Virus record (IMG/VR): IMGVR_UViG_3300033182_001391
Location: 7,141 to 71,140 of that record
Strand: one strand, 5' to 3'
From: a virus
DNA length: 64,000 nucleotides
A model generated the notes under the pieces. It ran no database searches and was not told where the DNA came from. It was given only the letters and a program-made list of their open reading frames with translations. Every line of letters begins with the position of its first letter. Position 1 is the stretch's first letter. Both the position numbers and the translations under genes were made by a program. Positions 52,842 through 61,068 of the stretch are shown piece by piece.

Positions 52842-54644
52842 TCAGAATGTACCGCAGTCGATAGTTATACCGTCAAAAGTAGTAAGGTTAATAATACTGC
52901 CGCCAGTAATGTTCACATTATTAGCATTCTGAACTGCAATAGTGCCAAGGCCAAGAGTTGTTCTTGCGGTTGCAGCGTCAGCGTCATCCAAGAGAGTTCT
53001 TGCATAAGCCGTCATAGTTGTAAGGGCGGCAGTTCCACTACCTGTAAAGTATGGAAGCTGATCAGCAGCAGATGTAAGACCAGCAATTGCTGCTAACTCA
53101 GCGTCGTAAGCCTGTACATCAGTTCCTATTGCTAACCCAAGATTTGTTCTAGCCCCCGATGCAGTGGTTGCACCGGTGCCACCGTAAGCTATGGCGACTT
53201 CAGTGCCCTGCCAAACACCAGTTGCGATAGTTCCAACTGAAGTTAGACTAGAATTAACGACACCAGAACCGAGAGTTGTAGAACTAAGAACTTCAGTAGT
53301 ACCAATATGATAAGCTTTACCCGAAGCTAGATCCATATGCTCAGAAGATGTCCACGAATCTGACGCATCAACCCAGTTGAAAGTCTTATCGGTTGTACCC
53401 TTTAAGGTTAAACCGCCGCCATCGGCAGTAGCGTCCGACGGGGAAGCCGTTGACCCTAATTCGATGTTCTTATCGTCAACAGTAACAGTAGTAGAGTTAA
53501 CTGTAGTGACAGTACCGTTAACAGTTAAGTCTCCACCAACAACAAGATCATTTCCGATACTAGTTGTTGAAGTAGCTGAACCAATGTTTATCGCAGTTGC
53601 ACCAGTGGTAAATATGTTACCAGTTGCAGAAGTGGTTGTAATATCACCACCATTTACCGCTGCATCACCGGTAAGTGTAATATTGACAAATGTGGGACTA
53701 GCCCCAGTATGAATATCCTGAGGAGTAGAAAGCGTTACCGCACGTCCCTCGGTGCCAGCACCAGAAACAATAACTTGATTAGTTGTACCCGCAATAGTCG
53801 CAACATAGTCGCCAGTTGTTTGACTAGTAAGATTTACATTAGAGATACTTACCGCACCGCTTGATACAGAAAAATCGCTAGAATTAAACGAAGCCACACC
53901 CTTATTTGTGGTGCTAGCATCTTCGCCAGAAATTGTGACCTTATCGATACCAGTAACACCATCGGTAGAAACTACAGTATCAATACCTTCACCAGCTTCA
54001 AAAACTAAACCTTCAGTCAATAGATCAATAGAACCACTACCAGACTCTCCAGAAAAATCTAGCGTAGTAGCAACTGAAGCTGTACTAGCAGCAGTTAGAC
54101 GTCCCTGCTGATCAACCGTAAATGTAGGTATCGCGGTCGAAGAACCATATGAACCAGGCGTAACCGCAGTATCATCCAAATCTACGGTAATAGTGTTTGT
54201 GCCACTAGCAGTTGTGGTTAAGCCGGTACCACCAGCAATAGTTACAGTTTCCTCATCGTCTACCGTCTGAGTAGTTCCACCATCACCAGCAAGATCAAAG
54301 GTATATGTTGCAGTTACTATTGCGCTATCAACATAAGCTGTGGTTGCAACAGAAGTCGAATTATCTCCAGCTGTCTGAGTAGTGGCTGTAGCTGAAGAGC
54401 CAAGGGCAACTGTTCCGGTAAATGTCTTATTACCAGAAATGGTCTGATTCGTTGCAAGTGTAGCGAAAGCACCAGAGCCACCAATGGCCTCTACGGTAGT
54501 AGCAGTGCCGCCTGTACCACCAGTACCCTTACCATAATAGAGTACGTCACCTACTTCATTAAATGCTAACTCGGCGTTCTCGAGTGAACTAGGTGCACCT
54601 GCAACACCGCTAGACCTTCTTTTAATTCTAATTGTATTAGCCAT
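52842..54644 (-). CDS. Head or neck fibre protein (T/G/S/A-rich, 600 aa)
   Basis: N-terminal TIRIKRR..APSSL..AELAFNE anchor; fibre motifs [11 protein letters not shown] and [17 protein letters not shown]; ends IDCGTF. Confidence 0.75.
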   Translation of the reverse strand: MANTIRIKRRSSGVAGAPSSLENAELAFNEVGDVLYYGKGTGGTGGTATTVEAIGGSGAFATLATNQTISGNKTFTGTVALGSSATATTQTAGDNSTSVATTAYVDSAIVTATYTFDLAGDGGTTQTVDDEETVTIAGGTGLTTTASGTNTITVDLDDTAVTPGSYGSSTAIPTFTVDQQGRLTAASTASVATTLDFSGESGSGSIDLLTEGLVFEAGEGIDTVVSTDGVTGIDKVTISGEDASTTNKGVASFNSSDFSVSSGAVSISNVNLTSQTTGDYVATIAGTTNQVIVSGAGTEGRAVTLSTPQDIHTGASPTFVNITLTGDAAVNGGDITTTSATGNIFTTGATAINIGSATSTTSIGNDLVVGGDLTVNGTVTTVNSTTVTVDDKNIELGSTASPSDATADGGGLTLKGTTDKTFNWVDASDSWTSSEHMDLASGKAYHIGTTEVLSSTTLGSGVVNSSLTSVGTIATGVWQGTEVAIAYGGTGATTASGARTNLGLAIGTDVQAYDAELAAIAGLTSAADQLPYFTGSGTAALTTMTAYARTLLDDADAATARTTLGLGTIAVQNANNVNITGGSIINLTTFDGITIDCGTF

Positions 54645-54646
54645 TA

Positions 54647-54985
54647 CTAAAAGTTTCCTCCATCAACAAGGTTTTCCTCAGGGTAATTAACCCATTCAGA
54701 CCCGCTATAACGCAAAACGTCACCATTATTAGCTGTACTTATAGTAACGTCAGTTAAACCATTTAAAACTGATTGATTACTTATATCAATTTCAGCAGCT
54801 ATAATTCTATCTTTGACGGTAAGGTGTGCACCAGCTGGATTTATACCCAAAACAGTTTGAAGTGCCTCAATGGCATCATTCGCATCGGCATGCTGCCTAG
54901 CATGAGGTACGGTTACAGAATTTAATCTGTCAGTATCTGTAGGATTAATTAAAGTATCTAAAGAATTTGGATAATTGGTTGCCAT
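54647..54985 (-). CDS. Small fibre/decoration protein (112 aa)
   Basis: [22 protein letters not shown]; LTDVTI..GDVLRY..WVN; ends VDGGNF. Confidence 0.65.
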   Translation of the reverse strand: MATNYPNSLDTLINPTDTDRLNSVTVPHARQHADANDAIEALQTVLGINPAGAHLTVKDRIIAAEIDISNQSVLNGLTDVTISTANNGDVLRYSGSEWVNYPEENLVDGGNF

Positions 54986-54993
54986 ATCTTTCC

Positions 54994-55404
54994 TTACAAA
55001 CTAAATATCTTAGTAGCTAGGTCGCTCCACTGTATAGTAATAGAAATAGTCTCATTAGTGCTATTAACAGGTAACCCGTCAGCTGTGTCTATATATGCTA
55101 TCAATCTAGAAGTAGATGATAAACCACTATCTTGATATATAATCAAATAACTAAAACCGCTAGTTCCATAATTTTCTATAGTTTCATTTTCCGCGTCAAA
55201 CACACCATCATCAATTGTTATTTGCTCTAAAGCAACAGATGTTGCTGCAATATTAGAAGCGCCCACATCAGAAAGAAACTCATGATTAACCAAATCAACA
55301 ATGTAAGTACTTTTAACTAATGCAGTCTTTAGAGAAACATTTAAAAGATCTAAATCGGCTCCAAGAAAAGCTTCTTTAGCTTTGGCATAAAGAGCGTTAG
55401 CCAT
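54994..55404 (-). CDS. Virion structural protein (136 aa)
   Basis: MANALY..K..L....DL / LIAYIDTADGLP / ITIQW pattern typical of small phage structural proteins. Confidence 0.65.
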   Translation of the reverse strand: MANALYAKAKEAFLGADLDLLNVSLKTALVKSTYIVDLVNHEFLSDVGASNIAATSVALEQITIDDGVFDAENETIENYGTSGFSYLIIYQDSGLSSTSRLIAYIDTADGLPVNSTNETISITIQWSDLATKIFSL

Positions 55405-56183
55405 TATATACCCACCTCCGAAGAAACAATCACACGATACTTGTAGCCTGTTTCGAAATAAGTTTTTCCATCAACATAATAAACCGGAGTAGAATCATTA
55501 GAAGGAAAATCTACATAAACATCAGGCTTCCAAGAATGCATCGAAATTGCAGGAGATAAGCTCTCCCATCTAGAAGGAGCTTTTTGTATTTTCTTTCTCT
55601 GAATTTTAAAGAACTTAGAAGTTAAAAAGTTAGATGCTGGACGTGAACTAAAAGTTATAATAACTCTACCATTATTTTCATCATTATTTAAATAAAAGTC
55701 ACCATTAGTTGGTGTAACTTCTTCAATATAAAAATTAGGGTTCTTAGCTATAATTTGATAGCCAGTTTCAATATCTGCCCTAATAGACTTATCTTCTATT
55801 AAAACTTCATTTATAATAGTTCCCGCATTCTGCGTCTCCTGAATATAAGAAGGAGTAGCGGAAGTGGTTGAACTAGTAAAAGTAATTTGCTCTTCAGGAA
55901 CAGATATCCCAGAGGCATCGACAAGATTATTGATCTTTAAAACATAATCGGTAGCAGGAGAAAGAATATTATCCCAATACAAAGTCAATACACGACTTAC
56001 CTGATTATAATCAGTTAATGTATCTATCGGCCTAAAAGGAGATACAACTTCTACAGGGGTAGCCTCATCTGTAAAGACGGTAAAAGAACTATCTTTAATA
56101 GAAGATATTTTTATAGTTCTACCAAATTTTATCGTTACCGTGTTAACAGTAACAATAGCACTGTCTACAAGAAAAAGCGCCAC
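55404..56183 (-). CDS. Virion protein with two Ig-like domains (259 aa)
   Basis: GTG start with GAGG RBS; VTIKFGR..VLTLY..LSPATDYVLKINNLVDASG (Big_5-like). Confidence 0.65.
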   Translation of the reverse strand: MALFLVDSAIVTVNTVTIKFGRTIKISSIKDSSFTVFTDEATPVEVVSPFRPIDTLTDYNQVSRVLTLYWDNILSPATDYVLKINNLVDASGISVPEEQITFTSSTTSATPSYIQETQNAGTIINEVLIEDKSIRADIETGYQIIAKNPNFYIEEVTPTNGDFYLNNDENNGRVIITFSSRPASNFLTSKFFKIQRKKIQKAPSRWESLSPAISMHSWKPDVYVDFPSNDSTPVYYVDGKTYFETGYKYRVIVSSEVGI

Positions 56184-56211
56184 TACTCTACCTCACAATA
56201 AGAACCTACAA

Positions 56212-56221
56212 CAATAGTAAC
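56212..56221 (-). promoter_or_regulatory. Putative late promoter (TTACTAT motif)
   Basis: GTTACTATTG just downstream of the capsid terminator and about 30 nt upstream of the next start. Confidence 0.5.
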
Positions 56222-56241
56222 AACTATAGATGAATATAGAA

Positions 56242-56275
56242 CTAGGGGGCGGCAGATTTCTCCACCGCCCCCTAA
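56242..56275 (-). terminator. Strong GC hairpin, probable terminator of the head operon
   Basis: UAGGGGGCGGUGGA-GAAA-UCUGCCGCCCCCUA followed by a weak U tract (GUUCUAUAUU). Confidence 0.75.
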
Positions 56276-56276
56276 T

Positions 56277-56311
56277 CCATCAGGGCATTCCGTAACTATA
56301 ACGCCCTAAGG
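56277..56311 (-). other. 3'-UTR hairpin complementary to 23S rRNA helix 69 and the nucleotides just after it
   Basis: Minus strand CC-UUAGGGCGUU-[AUAGUUACGG]-AAUGCCCUGA-UGG. Plus strand CCGTAACTATAACG-C-CCTAAGG versus 23S CCGTAACTATAACG-GT-CCTAAGG. Confidence 0.55.
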
Positions 56312-56316
56312 CTTTA

Positions 56317-57375
56317 TCAGGTAGCCTCGTTAGTAACCTGAACCTCGTAGTTGCGAGCCAGGCTGACATTCTTAGCAACAGTGATACCCTCACCATCACC
56401 AAGCATGACGATGTCGTAGCGCTCCTTCATCTTGAGGGAACGAATGTCACGTGTAGGATCATCAAACTGATCCGTGCTCATGTCATCCTTAACCAGCATG
56501 GTCCCCACCTCATTACGATCAATGAGGAAGAGGTCTGACTTGGCAGGTGTTGCGCCACTCTTAGCTGTGAAGCTTACGAATGGTGAAACTAGAACGTTCA
56601 GACCCATAGGAGCGGTAGCGTTGAGTGCACCCTCAGCTGACTGAGGACGATAACCCCAACTTGAACCAACGCCAGAGGCGGCGCCACCCATATGGAAGAT
56701 GGCATCCTTAAGGAATACCGACCACATTAGTGGGTGGAGAATGAAATCTGTTGGAACATGATTTTCGGCCATAAGAACAGCAGCCATGTCTACGATATCA
56801 TCCCAAGTAACGGTCTTGTTGGCGACACCATCAATGTCGAGACCTGTGGTGTTATCGTAGGCAACGTCATCATTGTCGAAAACAATGGTAGCTGCATCCT
56901 TGAAACGGCTAAGAGCAATTTGCTCCTTTAGGCGAGCCATGGCACGACCTGCGGCGCGGACATGTAGACCAACAATGTCCCAAAGTGAGTCAGCGATAAC
57001 TTCCTCGGTAAAGGCGAGCTTAACGCCTTTCTTTGAGACCTTGCCCTCTACCTGCTTTGCGAAGGCGAGTGCTTGCTCTGGGTACTCTTGACCCTCAGGG
57101 ATTTCGGCAGCTTGGATTGCGTTGACTGCTGGGAACTCCAATGAGCGCCCCTTACCGAGGCGAACTGTTGAAAGTAGTGGAGTCACTAGTAATTGTGGCT
57201 CAGCTGCTTCCCTCAGAGTACGAGAAAGAACCTTGGGGAAAAGTGCAGCCGCATCGGGTGATGCGAAAGCTTCCTTAATAGTAACTCTATTCTCTTCATC
57301 AATGTTCCCGTCCTCAGTCAGTGCAGCCTCCCAAGCTGGGAGACCCGAGAGGAGCTCTTGGATTGTCTTACTCAT
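56317..57375 (-). CDS. Major capsid protein (HK97 fold)
   Basis: AAEIPEGQEYPE, KKGVKLAFTEEVIADS.WDI, AGRAMARLKE, FILHPLMW, DPTRDIRSLKMKERY; AGGAGG RBS; strong codon bias. Confidence 0.93.
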   Translation of the reverse strand: MSKTIQELLSGLPAWEAALTEDGNIDEENRVTIKEAFASPDAAALFPKVLSRTLREAAEPQLLVTPLLSTVRLGKGRSLEFPAVNAIQAAEIPEGQEYPEQALAFAKQVEGKVSKKGVKLAFTEEVIADSLWDIVGLHVRAAGRAMARLKEQIALSRFKDAATIVFDNDDVAYDNTTGLDIDGVANKTVTWDDIVDMAAVLMAENHVPTDFILHPLMWSVFLKDAIFHMGGAASGVGSSWGYRPQSAEGALNATAPMGLNVLVSPFVSFTAKSGATPAKSDLFLIDRNEVGTMLVKDDMSTDQFDDPTRDIRSLKMKERYDIVMLGDGEGITVAKNVSLARNYEVQVTNEAT

Positions 57376-57406
57376 CTTAGGATTATTCCTCCTGTGCTAT
57401 TGTTTA

Positions 57407-58177
57407 TCAGAGTGTGAGATTGACGCGGAATGCACCAATCACGTTGTGTACGTCCAGGTTTGAACGGATACCGAGCTTACCGCTGTAAGTACCACTGCGT
57501 GTGAGCTCATACACCGTCTTTAGTGCACCTGGATCAGATGGAAGCTGCATGTAGCTGAGAAGGCCGTCATCAAAGTTCGTAGCGAACTTCTCGACCTCGA
57601 TGACCTTACCAACTTGCAAGTGTGAGTAAACGGCGCTGCTGTTATACTGTTCTGCTGGGGTCAGCTTAACAGGACGACCCATATGGTCAGCACGAACTGC
57701 ATCACCGATAGCAATATCTGCGTTGAGGCCATCAACCATCGGATACTCTACGTAACCGTGAGTGATAAAGCCAGCACCTTGCGATGTACCCTTATCAAAT
57801 GGTCTGTAGAGATCATACTGAGCGCAACCGATTGGAACTGAGCGAGCTGCAACAGTTACTGTATCAGTTGAACCACTAGTGCTGGTGGGTGTCGCACCGT
57901 CAACTGGATCCCAACCGCTCATTGTATCGCCCCAAGATACAGATGAAGCTGTACCATTAGCTGGGACGACTCTTGCATCGCCGTTTGAATCGGCAACGAC
58001 TGAAAGAATGGTACCTTTTGTGATGACGATCTCGAAACGATCATCCTCACTGTCGTAGTACCAAGTAGGAAGACCCTGGTCAGGAAGCAGGTATGCGCTG
58101 GGGGCAACACCCTCAGAAACAACAAAGCGACCTGAACCCGTCTTGCTATGTACTTTACGGAACTTTGCTAAACTCAT
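57407..58177 (-). CDS. Capsid decoration/minor head protein (256 aa)
   Basis: Between scaffold and MCP; same codon bias; IVITKGTIL..VVPANG..PIGCA beta-rich pattern. Confidence 0.7.
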   Translation of the reverse strand: MSLAKFRKVHSKTGSGRFVVSEGVAPSAYLLPDQGLPTWYYDSEDDRFEIVITKGTILSVVADSNGDARVVPANGTASSVSWGDTMSGWDPVDGATPTSTSGSTDTVTVAARSVPIGCAQYDLYRPFDKGTSQGAGFITHGYVEYPMVDGLNADIAIGDAVRADHMGRPVKLTPAEQYNSSAVYSHLQVGKVIEVEKFATNFDDGLLSYMQLPSDPGALKTVYELTRSGTYSGKLGIRSNLDVHNVIGAFRVNLTL

Positions 58178-58196
58178 TTTATTATCTCCTTAATTA

Positions 58197-59036
58197 TCAG
58201 AGTTTACGTCTACCCATAAGGGTGTCTACCAAAACCTGCTCAAAAGAATTAATTGGCTCCTCTTCCTGCTCAGGCACATTGTCAACAGAAATTGTGACAA
58301 CATTATTCTCAGCAACAACTTCTGCCTCAGACATAACCTCTGGCATAACCAAAGAAGCCATCTTTGCGGCAGGTGTCTTTGCGAGATCTCTTAAAGAATC
58401 AGCCAAAGATGAAGCGGTTCTTGCAGCATGCTCAGCAACAAGTGCCTCTCTATCATCAACCGACTCAAGACCTAAAGCAATCTTAGTATCCACAACTCTC
58501 TCAACCAGAGTCATATGTAAAGCACCCTTAAGCTTTGAATTCTCATCCTTAAGAGATGAAACTTCACTTTCAAGAAGAGCAATTTTTGCATTTAGCTCAT
58601 CAGCACTTTGCTCATCACTACTTTGCTCCGTGGTGAGATCGCTGTCCTGATCAGCTTCTTCCTGAACTTCATCAGCATCTTCAACTGATGACTCTTCTGG
58701 CTTTTCAGCATTTTCGGAATCTACAGCTTCTTCCTGTACTTCCGCCTCTTCTGAATCGTCAGCAGAGTTCTCTTCGACGGTCTCAGCCTCAGCCTCAGCT
58801 GACTCCTCAACAGTCTCCTCTTCTGCCTCAACACTTTCCTCTGCGGCCTCTTCTACAACATCCTCAACTGTATCGTCTTCAGAAGTTGACTCAGAAACCT
58901 GATCCTGTGCTTCATCGGCAGATTCATCTAACCCTTCTTGCTCTTCAACTGAGCTAGAAGCAGCGATGTTAGAAAGATCCTCACTTAAGCCAGTGGCAAC
59001 AGCTAGGATGTCTTCATCTTTGGTAACATCATCCAT
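58197..59036 (-). CDS. Nested in-frame scaffold protein (about 279 aa)
   Basis: In-frame ATG (Met290, MDDVTKDE) with GAGGAG 9 nt upstream at 59046-59051. Confidence 0.6.
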   Translation of the reverse strand: MDDVTKDEDILAVATGLSEDLSNIAASSSVEEQEGLDESADEAQDQVSESTSEDDTVEDVVEEAAEESVEAEEETVEESAEAEAETVEENSADDSEEAEVQEEAVDSENAEKPEESSVEDADEVQEEADQDSDLTTEQSSDEQSADELNAKIALLESEVSSLKDENSKLKGALHMTLVERVVDTKIALGLESVDDREALVAEHAARTASSLADSLRDLAKTPAAKMASLVMPEVMSEAEVVAENNVVTISVDNVPEQEEEPINSFEQVLVDTLMGRRKL

Positions 59037-59903
59037 CGTTGAAATCTCCTCAGATTTTTCGTTTTCAGAATCTTCATTAGATAGTAATGATTCTGTTTCG
59101 CTTATATCACTTTCGCTCTCATGGAAGGCTAAAGCGCTAAGAAACGCTCCTTTAGTATGAAGATAAGTAGTCTTTAAATCTTTCTTCTTCATATTCTTAA
59201 GAATCGATTCATTTTCCTCTACGGAAACAATATCTTCTGAATCCATATGAAGAACAAAAGCAGAACTCCTTGCAACCCAATCATCAGAAGCTGCAACTGG
59301 TGCATCACCAGATGACGACTTTGTTGAACGAACACCCGACTTTTGATCAGCCGGCTGATTCACAAAAGAGTACTCCTTAAAAGAAATATCCTGCATATCT
59401 ATATATGCGAGCTTACCCTTGTAAACCTTACCCCTCTTAAACTTTGGCAGGCGGGGACGACCAGACTCAGTTTCCTGAGCCAAATCTTCACCACTAATAC
59501 TGCACACCGCCTTACCCGCTCTACCGCCAACAGAACCAGTTAAATACCTCTTATCCATTACCTTCTGAGCTGCAACAGGATCAGTTACAGCAACTTGCAA
59601 TCTTACATAAGAAGAACCATCAGACTCTTTATCCATCTTAGCAGCAATGACCCTGCCTATTGGTTCAGTACTTAAATCATGGTTGAGAATAATTGGCTTA
59701 GGGTACGGCTCAACCCAAGACTCCAATGCTTTCTCTAACTCATCTGCCGAATAGTTATTGTAATTCGCAGTCAAGCCCTCGTGAATAGCAGCAATCTCTA
59801 TAATAAGACCGTGCTTAGAGTTAAACTCTTCCGAAAAATCTAATTCTGATTTTGAAAAATCTGGAAGTTGAACTGTAAAGTTTTCTACAAAGTCGAATGA
59901 CAT
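58197..59903 (-). CDS. Prohead serine protease fused to scaffold
   Basis: PIILNHD (His), YLTGSVGG (Ser), EYSFVNQPAD; followed by an acidic linker and coiled coil. Confidence 0.85.
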   Translation of the reverse strand: MSFDFVENFTVQLPDFSKSELDFSEEFNSKHGLIIEIAAIHEGLTANYNNYSADELEKALESWVEPYPKPIILNHDLSTEPIGRVIAAKMDKESDGSSYVRLQVAVTDPVAAQKVMDKRYLTGSVGGRAGKAVCSISGEDLAQETESGRPRLPKFKRGKVYKGKLAYIDMQDISFKEYSFVNQPADQKSGVRSTKSSSGDAPVAASDDWVARSSAFVLHMDSEDIVSVEENESILKNMKKKDLKTTYLHTKGAFLSALAFHESESDISETESLLSNEDSENEKSEEISTMDDVTKDEDILAVATGLSEDLSNIAASSSVEEQEGLDESADEAQDQVSESTSEDDTVEDVVEEAAEESVEAEEETVEESAEAEAETVEENSADDSEEAEVQEEAVDSENAEKPEESSVEDADEVQEEADQDSDLTTEQSSDEQSADELNAKIALLESEVSSLKDENSKLKGALHMTLVERVVDTKIALGLESVDDREALVAEHAARTASSLADSLRDLAKTPAAKMASLVMPEVMSEAEVVAENNVVTISVDNVPEQEEEPINSFEQVLVDTLMGRRKL

Positions 59904-59936
59904 TTAACTATCCTTCTCATATTGGTTAACCATTCT

Positions 59937-59974
59937 ATATAGTAAATTTGTTTTTCTAACATTGAACAAATTTA
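59937..59974 (-). promoter_or_regulatory. Putative late promoter (TTACTAT) overlapped by a 10-bp inverted repeat
   Basis: TTTACTATATAG about 35 nt upstream of the protease ATG; inverted repeat TAAATTTGTT/AACAAATTTA at 59943-59952 and 59965-59974. Confidence 0.5.
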
Positions 59975-59981
59975 TATGAAT

Positions 59982-60749
59982 TTATACTAATTGATACACA
60001 TTCTTTCTTCTGTCACCAGTTTTCTTGAAAGATTCATACATTAAAGGCGACATAATATGAGGTGCATAAACATAAGAAGCGCAAAATAGCTCATATCCCA
60101 GCTTCCTACAATTCAAAGACCAACCAAGATCCTCACCCTGAGGATGAACCTCGTAATCAACAGTCTGATAAACCTTCTTACTCATCATTTTTGCAGCCAT
60201 TATCACATCAGACTTAAAATAAGTTCCCAAAGGATAATCCTTCTTCCTATATCCCCTATTGCTAGTTGAATCTCGCCAAGTCATGACACTAGGAAAATTA
60301 GTGCCAACAGGAGTCATAAACATTAAAGGATTGACCGCATCGGCACCCTCTTTAATATGGGCGATAAGGAGTTCTAAAGTATTAGAATTTTTTAAAAGAA
60401 TATCTGAATCTAAACTAAAATAATAATCAGGTTCCAACTCTCTAACTTTAGAAAGAACAGAGTTTCTTAGATTCACCATATTAACATACTTAGAAATAGT
60501 CCACTGACGACCATTATCGGTATGCTCAAAATGGGGAATATCTTCCCTGCAAACTATATCAAAATGAGGAATTCTTTTATCCAACTGCTTCCAAGCATTC
60601 AGCTTATTTACAGTCTCGTCATCATCTGGAGAAGTTTCAAAAACAAAACCAATATTAGACAAACTCAAAGATTGAGCAAGAATAGATTGAATCCACTCAT
60701 CTAATATCCAACTTCTCTTATAAATTGGACACCCTATAACAAGTTTCAT
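59982..60749 (-). CDS. GT-A fold glycosyltransferase (GT2-like)
   Basis: N-terminal LVIGCPIYKR, LRNSVL, DxD motif YYFSLDSDILL, GEDLGWS, C-terminal His (APHIM). Confidence 0.85.
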   Translation of the reverse strand: MKLVIGCPIYKRSWILDEWIQSILAQSLSLSNIGFVFETSPDDDETVNKLNAWKQLDKRIPHFDIVCREDIPHFEHTDNGRQWTISKYVNMVNLRNSVLSKVRELEPDYYFSLDSDILLKNSNTLELLIAHIKEGADAVNPLMFMTPVGTNFPSVMTWRDSTSNRGYRKKDYPLGTYFKSDVIMAAKMMSKKVYQTVDYEVHPQGEDLGWSLNCRKLGYELFCASYVYAPHIMSPLMYESFKKTGDRRKNVYQLV

Positions 60750-60750
60750 A

Positions 60751-61068
60751 TCAATCTTCTACTTCAGAATCCACCTTATCATCTGAAGCTTTTGGGGCCT
60801 TAGGGGCTGCAGCAGTTTTTGCCGGAGCCTTCTTCCGAGGCTTTGTATCTGCAGATACGTCTTTCACATCCTGCATCGTGATAACATCTTCCTTCTTCTC
60901 CTCTACAGAAGGAGAAGCTTGCGCCAAACTATTAATTATAGGAACCAGAATCTCTAAAGCTAGCCGAGCCTGACCATTACCCACAGCAGTATTAAAAGCC
61001 TCTACTGCATCATCCGTTCTCGCATACGCTATAAGCGCGTCATCTTCTAATAGAATTTTATTGCTCAT
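60751..61068 (-). CDS. Small protein with K/A/P-rich tail (105 aa)
   Basis: ATGA overlap with the portal stop; KPRKKAPAKTAAAPKAPKA. Confidence 0.7.
   Translation of the reverse strand: MSNKILLEDDALIAYARTDDAVEAFNTAVGNGQARLALEILVPIINSLAQASPSVEEKKEDVITMQDVKDVSADTKPRKKAPAKTAAAPKAPKASDDKVDSEVED

Noticed and set aside
56277-56311. rRNA gene fragment or rRNA pseudogene
   Set aside because: The 23S match is only about 22 nt and the flanks are unrelated, so it is reported as an element rather than an rRNA gene.
58620-58960. Repetitive-looking DNA in the scaffold region
   Set aside because: Explained by a low-complexity Glu/Ala/Ser-rich linker, not a DNA repeat element.
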